Part shown: positions 24,745 through 36,134 of the stretch, in pieces | Layout of the letters: each line of letters starts with the position of its first letter | Position numbering within the stretch: the stretch's first letter is position 1 | NCBI GenBank assembly: GCA_977018835.1 | Contig: OZ361256.1 | Coordinates: 2,728,001 to 2,792,000 of the forward strand | Direction: 5' to 3' | DNA: 64,000 nucleotides | Origin: Minutocellus sp. GHC0000111 | Lineage: Eukaryota | Translations under genes and position numbers: made by a program | Notes under the pieces: generated by a model | The model's input: the letters and a program-made list of their open reading frames with translations, nothing else | Databases searched by the model: none | What the model was told of the DNA's origin: nothing

Positions 24745-25270
24745 CATAGCCCGGGACGACGATTAACTTCGGCTTTCCCCCTTCCACTTTTTCCCTATTG
24801 ATTTTGAGTTTCCTCCACTCGGCGATTCGATCATGATTAATCTCACGGTGTACAGCAGAGACTGATACTCCTGTCATTTCCTCGGCTGTGGCTCCAATGC
24901 ATGTTGGCGTTCACAGTTAGCTTGCTTATGGTTTATCCTAGAGCTTACAGAGCAGTGACCTTTAAAGGTGCCAAACCAGTTAGATTAGCTTCTGAAGTAA
25001 TTATATGAACTGATCTGAAGAAGGAGTGATCGTGAGGACAGTGACATTTCGGGCGTTGCAAAGTGCGCGGTGGCCGTCACTAAAGCCCCTCTTGGTGCCC
25101 TCGACGGGAACATTCGGGGTGATGCACAAAGGGGGCGAACCTGGCCGAGAGCACAAGCAACCCTCGAAGGACCAAGGATTAGTCTACTAGCTAGACTTGG
25201 AAGCTCATGAGACTCTACGTTGAATGCATTGCTCACTTCCCCAAATACACATCTTAAGTAAGTTAAGGTG

Positions 25271-28200
25271 CTAGCATTTAATCTCACACTTTGCAATGAT
25301 ATCCCTCACCGGACCTTGCTTTCCAAGCCCTTCCAGTCTGGACTCCATCCATCCCGCCCAGGCAAGGGCATCGAACGAATTGAAGCTCGCAAAGGACGCC
25401 GCTAGCTTGGTTCGAATTCGGGCGGTGTGGTCGGGGCACTTGAGAGAGTGCTGAACCCAAATTAGTTTGACGAATGCCGAATAGATTTCTACTAGGCCCA
25501 TTTTGAGTCCGCAGACAAAGGCAACCTCGTTTGGCAGTGACGATACAATTTCGAGGACAGAGGACCATAGCGGTTCCGTGAAGCAGTATCCCCAATGTGA
25601 GGCAGTGACCTTGAGAACGACCCCCTGCCTCGTTTTGGCGATCGCTGGGCCTTGTGCTGCACCAGCGACGGCACGATTGCGATGAGTGAGTGTGCTTTTC
25701 GAAACCGCACCGTCTTGCAAAAGAACGTCGGCGAGATCTCGCAAGTGACGCAGCACAATCAGCGGCCGTCGTTGTGCGAGATCCATCATCATTTGAAGGA
25801 GCCGTTGGTTCCAATTCGACCCAAGGGTCTGCACCATTCCCCGAACTTGAGCGTCGAGAGGACACCGCCATTCCAACCAGCCGGAGTTGGGATTGCCAAC
25901 TGCCGATATCAAGATCTCTCTCAGTTTGGCGTCCCCCAGAACCATCATGTTTGGAAGAGAGACATAGAGACGAAGTAGAACCAGCGGATAAACAGCACCT
26001 TTCCACCCTTCGGACGGCAATTGGGTGACGAGGCTGTTGGCGACAAATGTCATGTGATTCTTGCTGCACCGTGCGGTGAGTTCTAGCAGGATGATCCACG
26101 TCGGCGGCATGTTTCGGTTCGTACAGCGTTGTGCGAGGGTATCTGGGGCTGCTGCATCGTTCTCAATTCTAGCGCATTCCAGTGCGATCTTCACCGCAGC
26201 TAACGCATGCACTTGAGAAGCAACCGCGGCAAACGGTGGGACAGACGCGCCTGCAAATGGCTTGAAGGCCAATGAATACTGATTCGAAGTATGAATAAGA
26301 AAATCTGCCATTCGAAGAGGACAGTACCGGACAAGGAACTCATCGGTCTTGGCACCATCCAGAATCCATGCCTGACAAGAGCGTAGTTGGGTCTCGGTCC
26401 ATGCAAATTCCACGCTTGTGTGAAGAATAGAGGACCAGGTATCATGATCGGCGACGGCTCCGCTACTTTGGCTGAACATCACATCGAAGATGGCGTTTCC
26501 GTCAATATCATCGCCCCAACCGAAATGAGAAAGTAACGGAAACCACTTTAGAGCAAAATTCACAAGTGCCGAGGAATGCTGCTGCTGGATGGCCCCGGCC
26601 ATTGGCTTCGACAAAGTCAGAAGGAGATCTCTCGCTGCTTTTGGCGCATTTTGCATTTGGTTGGAGTTGCTTTCGATATCATGGACGAGTGTGGCAACCA
26701 TTGAATCCAAAGCCAGCAGGTCATTGGATGCAATTGCTCGTTCGGCAGCTTCTGAACTGAAGTTTGAGGGAGAAACTAATTCGCCAGGCATCTCGTCGAC
26801 AACAAAGTCCGGCACCTTGTCCGCTTCAAATGGCAAAGCGTCGAGTTCCATGTCCTCGTCATCGAGTAGGAGTTTTGCGAGGGAGCCCTTGGCCGGGATC
26901 TGTGTGAGATATTCTGGTAGATGCGTTGTGGCCCTTGACGTCGGCTTGGAGCGAGGGACCTTCTTATCTTTTTCCTCGTTGCAGTATTCGGTCAACCAAA
27001 GTAAGAAGGGAGAAGACTGAATCTCAGCAGCGTCGGTGCTGGGCCCATTCAAGTCCAGGTAAGCAGAAATTCTGCCAAGAAGCTTCCTCGCTACAACGCG
27101 ACGGCTGCCAGCTTGATATCCAGTACCCCACGACGAAATTACAGATGGGGTCAGAAGCTGCGAGAAGTACTTGTTTGCGTCGGGAGATTCACCCCCGATC
27201 TTTCCAAGGCGGTTGATCATACTAAGCAGAGAGGTGGACGTGATGCCACAGCAGAGGAGAAGGCGCGGGAGATAGGCGTCCGGGGCCGAGAGAGCCGTAA
27301 GCTTCGCGATTGATTCACAGCGACACTTGGCAAGCATCACCCACTTTGAATTCATAAACGTAAGCAGCAATAACAAAGAGGAACAACTTGAGAGGTGAGA
27401 TTGTATCGGTAATAGATTTGACATGAGCACATTGAGATACAGAGAGAATAGAAATACTTACATTCTCGACGGTCACTGCTCGCTTCTCATTGGACGCAAA
27501 CACTGCTCCAGCTGCCCCTAGCTGCTGCATCCCGCTGGTCCCAGACGTTGACGGCACAATTAAACTCTGGATGAGGAATGCGCAGGCAATTTTAGCGTCC
27601 GACAAATCCTCTACGGAACACGCGGCCTTGGTATCACCAATGTGAATATCTTCTTCGCCGGGCCAGTTCGCAATAACAACAAGGGCGGCTTGGAGAACGT
27701 GGTACGGCACCTGGACAACCTCAAGAGCAAAATCCGCATCGCCCCCCGATGGTTTCCTGATGGCGATCTTCACCGAGGAAGGTGATTGTCCATTGCCATT
27801 GCAAGTAATCATATCTTTGTCCACATAATTTCGGAATGCTCGGGCCACCACCGAAAGAGTCAAATCGCGCAAGTCAACGAAGCGATCGACGACATCGCAG
27901 CAGACATGAGGGCGAAGAGCAAGGAGCTCGCACAGCAAATCGCCAAAGACAAATTTTTGGCCAAACCCTTCTTTGTGGGCAAATGTGATGAAGGTATCCA
28001 AGGCCATGAGAAGAGATCGAAGCGCTGCACCGCGTTCGTAAGCCACGGCGCGAGACATGTGCTGTATGGCAACGTCAATGGTACCGCGGGCGAACTTCAC
28101 CGTCGTTAGACTCAGAAGCCACGATAAATCGTTTTCATCAGGGAGTCCCAAATCAAAGAAATGATCCTCCTTTGGTTTGATCCTATGGGTTGCCTCTTGA

Positions 28201-31200
28201 AGGACTCGTCGCGCACAAAGGCGCCTGTCGGGTCGCTCATCTGCCATATCATGGAAGAGAAGGTACGCAGCCTTGATTGCGGCACTCTCACCAAACTCGC
28301 CTGAGATGCAGGATCCAACATGGCTTCGAAGAGGAGAAGTTAAGCTGAGGAGTTGATAATTTTCGCCGCCCTCAGCGCCATAAGCGCGAAGCAAGAGGAA
28401 ACATGACGCACTGGAAGGGAGCCGGTTGATGGTTCCTGGATAGGAAGAAATGATGGGGATCAACCAATCGTAAGCCCTCTCGATGGACGCACGAGAGGTG
28501 GACCCAATGGCTCTTAGAAGGTAATCTGGAGACTGGCAAAGACGGAAACCTTCGGAAATACCAAACATTTCACCAACGGACAGTATCAATCCAACGGAAT
28601 CCTTCGGTGGTTTGCGAGCTGGACCACGAGGATCCCAAATCATGATCGACTTTTGTGCAGCCTTGAGCAATTTCTTTCGTCGCTGTGCTTCCGCAAGTGC
28701 AAGGGCTGCCTCCTTTTCTCGCTGGATGGCCAATTGCCGATCGCGTTTAGCCCGTTGCCTCGCTGACACTCGGGATCCTTTCGGCGCATAGCTCTCGGCG
28801 TCTTGCTTCTTCTTTTTACCGGAATCTTGAGACTTGGGAAGGAATAGCTGTTCCGTTACCTTCAATTCGCGGTCGCGCATGTCAGCCTCGCCTCGCTTCA
28901 TTTCGTCTCGAAGATCGTCATCACAGTCCACCGTTGGGAAGCGATATCTGCCTGAGGTGGACATTTTGATGATGGCTCTCAAGGTGGACGATTCTTCCCA
29001 CAGCGTGGCACCGACCCCTGTACTATCCGTTCCACAGATGGCCAGTGCAAGAGAGGTAGCTCTCCACCAAAGACCGGGATATGCCAGCTTAGGGATGGGC
29101 GTTGAAGGTTGTGTTTCCTTCTCGCGCTTTCGTTTCCGCCCTTCGGCACCATCTTCATCTGAAGAGAAGTCATGGTCCAAAGATGATGCGTCATTGCCAA
29201 CGACCTCATCATTTGAAGTCTCGACGGGCTTGTAGATCGTCAAATCATAAATGTCCCAGACGACGCTTGGACTCTTCACCAAAATGGATGCATTTCGACC
29301 GACTCTGCAGCTGAAGAAAAGATGCTCAATAAGAGCCAGGGCAGTTAGCTGTGATATTGAAGGCGATGGGCCCTTGGCAGCATCCAAGACAATTCGCAAT
29401 ACCTCCTCGTCCACATCCATTCCAGAGTCATGACAGAGCTGAATCTTTTCCCTCTGCTCATCACTCATTGACGAGGCTAAATTACCCGATAATCCCAAGA
29501 AGGTGGAGATCTCGGAAGACTCAGGCGAAGCAAGGAATAGCAGGCATCGGATTGTTTTGATCAAACCTTTGGAAGGAGCGTTTAGTCCCTTGTAATGTTC
29601 TTGCGGTGACTCGCCGTCGAGCACGCTCTCAAAGTCTGGGGCCCCAGCTCCCATGACGGGTTCTCCCGAGTCTTCGTTGGCCTTTCTTCTTCCTCGCCGT
29701 TTCTTGGTGCTCGCTTTGCTAACCTTTGCAGTCGACGAATCCACTTCGTCAGCGCCAATCACTCTGGCGTATGCGGAAAGGCACCATCGAAGAATTGCCT
29801 TTCTGGCCGAGGCCGTAGTACTCTTGAAGATCTCAGCTTCTTGTTGGACAAGGGCATCATCTTCCATCGAAGGAGCTTGTCGCAAAGCCGACGATGCCTG
29901 ACGATTCGCCGGATTCTTCTTTTTGTCACTCTGAGACAATGTTGGTGCCATGAGCGTCATGATCTCAAATATCATACGGGCGAGTGCATACGCTTGTTGT
30001 GGCGAAGAGAGCTCTGGCCCCTCTTGGCTGGTACTGGTTGGTTCCACGAGCGCTTGAACCAAGGAGCTTCCATCGAATGACCCCCCAAGAGCCGCAGCGA
30101 CCTTCCGCACGAGCTTTTCTAGACGATGAATCTCGCGGCCATCCCTTCCACTTACATCCATATCTTCACCAGAGCAATGGGAATTGATAATCTCTGAAAA
30201 CGATGCTGCCAGAGCTTTAGAGGCAAGATCAGAGGGTAAAGTCTCGGTTACCGACAAAAGAAAGGTCATGCTGGTGGAAGCCCCCTGCGATGGCAACGGA
30301 TTCTCAATTTCCGAATAGGCCTGTCGCAACAAATGGGAGAAGATGTGCTGGGACACTGAAAGTGTCGGAAGGGTGATCGATATCTTCTTGACATTCTCAA
30401 TGTGGGTGTTCAGCTGGTTGGCCTTTAGCTTCATGGACAAAATACACTCGATGGCGTCCATGTCTTCCTTCAAAGGTGGCTCGACCGGTTGCATGGCTTG
30501 TACAAGGGCCACAAAAAGGGGTCGGGCAAGTCCAGATATCGCCGGCGACTGAAGCCACCGCTCCAAGTATCCGGCAGATAGCCGCCGAACCTGGGGCACA
30601 GCAATGAAGGATGGCAATGCGGAGAGAAGGCGACTATTTTGCTTCACCTTGGCATCAAGCCGTTCCTCGAGTGCATTGCCAATCGCAACGTGCGCAAGAG
30701 ATGCGGCGGGGCCGATGTATCTACGTCGAACCGGGGCGAGATCCAACGCTTTGCCCTCCTGCGATGGGAAATCAACGGGAGTCAATACGTCCGAGGACGA
30801 GTCAATGGCATCCCCGGGTTCAGTAGGTACGGAAGAGACGATGGGCGTTGATGGATCCGCCATGGAAACGTCATCGGCATCGGCATCGGGTGCGGTATTT
30901 GGTGGTGCGGTAGAATTGTTTCCCAATTTTGCGCTACCAGGCTGAGATTCTGATGACGATCCTTGATAATGCGACAGAGCAGCAAGGGCCATGGCTGTAG
31001 GATTTGCGGGTGGGCCATCCCCGGCCGTTCCCGATTCGTCCACCAGAACCTCCTCGTCGCCGCTGTCACTATCACCCGATGACGACGATGCATCATCCGC
31101 TTCCACTGCTGCTGCCGTATCTTGCTTGGAAGGAGCGACAGCGGCGGTGCCACCAACAGTACCTGTAGTTACCTCGACAAGGCACTCTTCCTCACCGGAG

Positions 31201-32355
31201 TCTGATCCAGACGACGACGAGGACTTGTTGTCGTCATCATTATCGCCGACCTTCTCGTCTTTGGGTACCATTTTGACCAAATATACGTAATAGTCTGCAT
31301 AGCTTTGTGCTTCCTCAGACTTTGTGGCCATTTCATCAACCCCATTTGAATTGTTGGCAACTTCCGACGAATGGACCAAAGCCAGATTCTCAACAAGGAG
31401 CTTGCAATCGTCATTGTCCACCCAAAGCCTAGGGCCGAAGCAATCGTCGGCATACGCCTTGACCAGTTCCGCTGGCCAATGATCCAAATGCGCAAACATG
31501 GCATACAATACGGTGGCGGCAAATACTGCCACGTCGAAGGAATCACCAACCGCTAGCTTTCTCTGCGCATGCATCGAATCCATCCCGGCAGCACCACCGG
31601 GAGTAGCGAGCAGCTTCCGAGCAGAGGCCGGGGACAGGGTCATCTTGGCCTGCTTGATTTTGGGAGTATATACCTCGCTCAGAGATGACGCCGATGCCGC
31701 TCGTTTCCGTCCTCCGGTGTCACTCGCACTGACATTTCGGGATGCAGTCAGTGGAGTCTGCTGATACCTCGACGCATTGGAATTGCCCGTCACGGCAGCT
31801 CCCGGAGTTTGAGGTTCCGCGGTACTAGCCATCGATCTATTTCCCGACAGCTGACGCTTCATACTCCCACCTCGAGATACCGGCATAGACTTGGTTGATT
31901 TGGAAGGATCCATGACGATTGGTTTGGATCCCAGCATGCTAAGCAGGATCCGATAGAGTTCACCGTCCTGCAACACCGCCGAGATGGCTGGTATTTCCGA
32001 CAGCGGCGGGCATTTGCCGTCGCTTTTGGTTCTGGAGTGACAAATGAGTGGCATGAAAAAAGAATATAGAACAAACAAAAGATTGGTGAGGGCACTCTAT
32101 AAGGGTCGCTAAGGAATGATTCCAAGCAGACAAGCAATCCATGCCTGCCATTCGACGAATTTTCCACGTAATATCGACGCACCTTAGCGTCTGTCCGTCA
32201 CCATGCAAGATTTGGAGGAAGGCGAGGGCGGCGGCGTAGAGGCGGGCGCGGTGGGACTCCGGGGCACCGGCGCCGGCGGCATGATACGCCAGCTCCTTGA
32301 GGGTATCAACAACCTCCCCGAGGGGTGGCGGGACGACGGGATCGTCGCCGCCCAT
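25271..32355 (-). CDS. INTS1: Integrator complex subunit 1 (exons 32355-32183, 32031-27462, 27343-25271; about 2270 aa)
   Basis: WPAELVKAYADDCFGPRLWVDNDDCKLLVENL, LERWLQSP, MKLKAN and LCQSPDYLL resemble INTS1 blocks. Introns gtgcgt..ccag and gtaagt..aaag splice in frame. Confidence 0.85.
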
Positions 32356-32544
32356 TGGTTTTGTCTGGACGAGTACTGGTACGTAACTCAACTTGCTTGA
32401 GGCTCTTGAAGAGAGCCGAGCTCTGAGCACGGAGAGGGGGAAAAGCAGCACAAAGCACCTGGAGTGCCCGCTTTGTGCTGCTGGCGTTGGGGGTCCCCTA
32501 CTTTTCCGGCTCTCAGCACGCAAAGAAGCAAGCGCATTTGAGCG

Positions 32545-33816
32545 ATGAACGGTATCGACGGCAAACGACCCGCCGATGCCGTTGCCGGCATCAACACGCC
32601 AGCACTGGCGTCGGTAAAGCGTCCGAAGAAGTCAGCTGAAATATCAGAAGATCAGCAGGATGCCTCGTGGTCGACGGTAATGACTCCCGAGCTGATCGGT
32701 ACCGCGGCCCGATTTCTCGACCTTGGCACTCCGTCCCGTCCCGACCTTACCAATCTCTTCCTTGCGGTTGGAAGGGACACCTCGCGCGTTGTTCGCAAGA
32801 TGTATCTTGCTGGTAATGAGTGGTATATCAGCCACCTGTGCCGAGTTGCGTATGAAAATGAAAAGCACAGAAAACAGGCTGGGATGGAAAGTTGGCTGGA
32901 ATACAATCCCGATTGGAGGAACCGATCCATCGGGGCTAAATCGGAGAAGAACGTGTACAGTTTTACATTGGAGCCATCCGTGGCGCAAGAACTAGGCTTC
33001 GGACGATCAGGCTCTAATTGGGTATTGGAAGAAAGCTTCGCCTGTTCTGATACCCCGGAGGACATCCCTTCGGGTCTGGCCTTTGGGATCGGAGACGCCC
33101 TGCTATCTGTCGGAGGCTTCGATGTTGCAGGAATGAAGTGTGTCGACTTTTTCAATCTCCTAGAGAGTGATAAGGTCATCCAAGATGACAAGATTGTATT
33201 GAAGTATCTGCCTGCCTCGATTCGCTTGTTTTCGGATCCCTTGGTGGCCACTCGGTATGATTTGCTTGCTCCGCTCAAGCATCTTGTCGAGACCGGTGCC
33301 GTTGGAGTCAATGAAGCTTTCGGGTCCAACGACGAGAAAGAGAATTTAATTTGGTTCACCCTAAAGCCAAGCAACTGCTCAAATACATGCGAATGCTTTA
33401 TGTATCTCTTGTCGGTAGAAGGAATAGATGTGAATATTGAAAATTGTGAAGGCGATCGACTCATCCACTTATGTTCATTATCGAACGACGAATTTGATCC
33501 CGAAGCCCTTCGACTTCTTGTCGACTCTCGTGATCGTACAGGTGTGGACTTGAACGCTCAAGACAATTATGGTTGGACGGCTATCCATTGCATTTTATCC
33601 TCGTTGGATACAAGTGACCACAAGACCAAAATGTCGAAGCTAAAGCTTCTGCTGGAGGCTGGCGCTGACCCAAACCTGTCGGATGAAGATGGAGAGACCC
33701 CGGAGCAGTACCTATTGAGGGTCGTCACGTCTCAGAGAAGAACACGCAAAGAATCAGAAGTTGACGAGGCTATTGGAATGCTACGGCGTTACACTCTCAT
33801 GAGAGAAGCAGAATGA
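32545..33816 (+). CDS. Ankyrin-repeat protein
   Basis: DLNAQDNYGWTAIH and LLLEAGADPNLSDEDGETP; a possible degenerate PDZ-like segment (IGDALLSVGGFDV). Confidence 0.8.
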   Translation: MNGIDGKRPADAVAGINTPALASVKRPKKSAEISEDQQDASWSTVMTPELIGTAARFLDLGTPSRPDLTNLFLAVGRDTSRVVRKMYLAGNEWYISHLCRVAYENEKHRKQAGMESWLEYNPDWRNRSIGAKSEKNVYSFTLEPSVAQELGFGRSGSNWVLEESFACSDTPEDIPSGLAFGIGDALLSVGGFDVAGMKCVDFFNLLESDKVIQDDKIVLKYLPASIRLFSDPLVATRYDLLAPLKHLVETGAVGVNEAFGSNDEKENLIWFTLKPSNCSNTCECFMYLLSVEGIDVNIENCEGDRLIHLCSLSNDEFDPEALRLLVDSRDRTGVDLNAQDNYGWTAIHCILSSLDTSDHKTKMSKLKLLLEAGADPNLSDEDGETPEQYLLRVVTSQRRTRKESEVDEAIGMLRRYTLMREAE

Positions 33817-33909
33817 AAACTATTATTTTTTATTACTTCGATACGATCGTACTTCCACACCAGCATCGACCATGCTATTAGCTACGTAGCTACATGTAAT
33901 ATTTGTGCT

Positions 33910-35841
33910 CTAATACAGACCGGGCAAAATAAACATAAGCAGAGGGAATGCCAAAGGGAACATGAATAAGCTCAGAGATTCTGCTGATGATGTTTCCATA
34001 TCTTCATCACCCTCGCCCCCAACCTCACCAACAAGTGCGCCAGGATTACGAGCGAGATACGAGGCCGACACAATCCTAAAGAGACATGGAGATCCAGCAA
34101 ACACCCCACTCTGAGTGCACTGATCTGGTTCCGCAATAATACAATCATCGGCCAGATCTGCAAGCGTTCCGTCGCACGAGGAAAGCATGTTGTCCTGCTC
34201 AGCATTGATGGAATAGGTGAAGTTGGCCGTACCACTAGCTCCTCCACCTCGCTCCTTACATAAATCACCATCAGGAGCATACAGGCATGCCATTGCATCC
34301 TCGCAGGTGACACTATCCGACAGTAATGGTAGGTCATACTCTTCTCCAGTGACGAATGCTCGCAGGCCGACAGGACTGGTGTCATATGAGATGTAATAGT
34401 ACTCTAAGAGCGATGCCTGATCTTCTTTAACGTCGTTGCTGAAAAGGGTTGGGTCGGCGAGCTCATCTTGGCGGACAAAGCCAGCCTTGCAGGAAGGATA
34501 AACACTGCTCTGATGGCAAGAATCGGCAGGATAGGTTACACAGACCTCTTCGTTGGTAAGGGGATTGGAGGAATCGCACAAATAGATGTCATCGTTGGGA
34601 AGTACAGCATCGTAACCAATGGCGACGCCATTGGGCTCGAGGGATGTGCAAATCTCACTTTCAGGGTGAAACAGACACGAAACTTCGCGAGCACATGAAT
34701 CGTTGGCCGACGTATCTCCTACAACGTCAATATCTTCTAGCGTAACCGATCCTCGCAAGCCCACAAGAGAAGAACAATCGTTGGTAGAATGGTAAGCAAA
34801 GTAGACATACTGATCCTCTGATGTCGTGACGCTGGGAGTAAAGGGTTCCCCGGCTTCTTCGGTAGCGTCATCTTCACCCTCTGACCCATCATCTGGACCA
34901 ACTTCAAGTTCACCTACCAATAGACGAGGATTTTGAGCCAATGTAGGACCGCTCAGATAGCGAAAGTGACAATTGGTGAATATGGAGCTTTTGGTACAAT
35001 CGGACGGCTTCTGCAGAGCACACTCCTCTTGGCCAGCAGCAGCGTTCGATGTGTCGCACTCAAATACGTCGACACCACCGGTGGTTTCATCTCCACGCGT
35101 TTCTAGTGTGAGGCGAGCGGTCTCGCCATTTTCATCTCGGATAGATTCGCAAATCTTGGAGTCTGGATCAATGGCACACATGGCCTGGGCCTGACAGCTC
35201 AAGTCTTGGTTCGAGACAATGGGGACCGAAAGCGTCGCACCTGAAACAGCCGGGGTGATGCCCGCCAAATCCGTGCAGGTATCATCCTCATAGTAAAGCA
35301 GGTAAAGATAGTCTGTCATCATGGCTAGATCCTCGGCATTATCATTTGCCAATATCGACGGATCTTCCTTGAGATCGGATAAGAGCTGATAATTGTAAGA
35401 CGAACACTTTGGGATCCACCCCCCTGCGAGGCAGGCGTCGGGACCGACAATAATAGATGGGTCGTCGGCACCAAATATCAACCCAGTACTGCTGTCATAG
35501 TCAAGGGCGAGGGGGAACTCATGGGCACCAACGCAGAGCTCGTGAGAAGGATTGATACGACACATGGTCGACTGAGCACAGCTGAGCTCCTCGGAAGTCG
35601 GCGCCACAAAGGTATACGTCTCATTGACGAGATAAGCGACCAGAGAAACCGCCGATGCCGAATCACCACATCCATCCTCGGAATACTCAATGCCTAAGAT
35701 GCAGTTATTATCTTGCACACATGCAGGATCTCCTCTCACGATGCCGACGGTGGTGCCTGGAGGACATTGAGCGATGAGGCCGACCACGTGTGAAGGGAGG
35801 AGAGCGCTGACAAGGGCAGCAATCGCAATTCGAGAAACCAT
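33910..35841 (-). CDS. Secreted, probably GPI-anchored acidic protein with four Cys-patterned repeats
   Basis: Signal peptide MVSRIAIAALVSALL; four repeats of about 130 aa; C-terminal SSA + hydrophobic tail. Confidence 0.8.
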   Translation of the reverse strand: MVSRIAIAALVSALLPSHVVGLIAQCPPGTTVGIVRGDPACVQDNNCILGIEYSEDGCGDSASAVSLVAYLVNETYTFVAPTSEELSCAQSTMCRINPSHELCVGAHEFPLALDYDSSTGLIFGADDPSIIVGPDACLAGGWIPKCSSYNYQLLSDLKEDPSILANDNAEDLAMMTDYLYLLYYEDDTCTDLAGITPAVSGATLSVPIVSNQDLSCQAQAMCAIDPDSKICESIRDENGETARLTLETRGDETTGGVDVFECDTSNAAAGQEECALQKPSDCTKSSIFTNCHFRYLSGPTLAQNPRLLVGELEVGPDDGSEGEDDATEEAGEPFTPSVTTSEDQYVYFAYHSTNDCSSLVGLRGSVTLEDIDVVGDTSANDSCAREVSCLFHPESEICTSLEPNGVAIGYDAVLPNDDIYLCDSSNPLTNEEVCVTYPADSCHQSSVYPSCKAGFVRQDELADPTLFSNDVKEDQASLLEYYYISYDTSPVGLRAFVTGEEYDLPLLSDSVTCEDAMACLYAPDGDLCKERGGGASGTANFTYSINAEQDNMLSSCDGTLADLADDCIIAEPDQCTQSGVFAGSPCLFRIVSASYLARNPGALVGEVGGEGDEDMETSSAESLSLFMFPLAFPLLMFILPGLY

Positions 35842-36134
35842 GGTCGCAATGATTTGCAAAATTGAGACAGTGCTGCTTGTTTTGTTTGTTCGGTTCAGGC
35901 TGACTGGCTGACTGATGCGTCTAATGCAGACCGTCTTTTCGATCCGTCTTCGATCTGAGCGCGAAGGGCATTTTAGTCGCCGGTGCGAACCAAACCCAAA
36001 GTGCGAACCCACATCGACGCCTGCCTGCCTTGACTTCAGGAAGAGTGCCGCCAAATCCTTGGTGCATGCATGTAGATCATCTTTCAGATCTAGGCAAGCG
36101 GCATCCCTGGTTCTATGTTTACTTCCTACAAGGT

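Noticed and set aside
25075..25100. RNase MRP RNA (GGGGCTTTAGT on the minus strand)
   Set aside because: The matching 5' GAAAGTCCCC P4 strand was not found.
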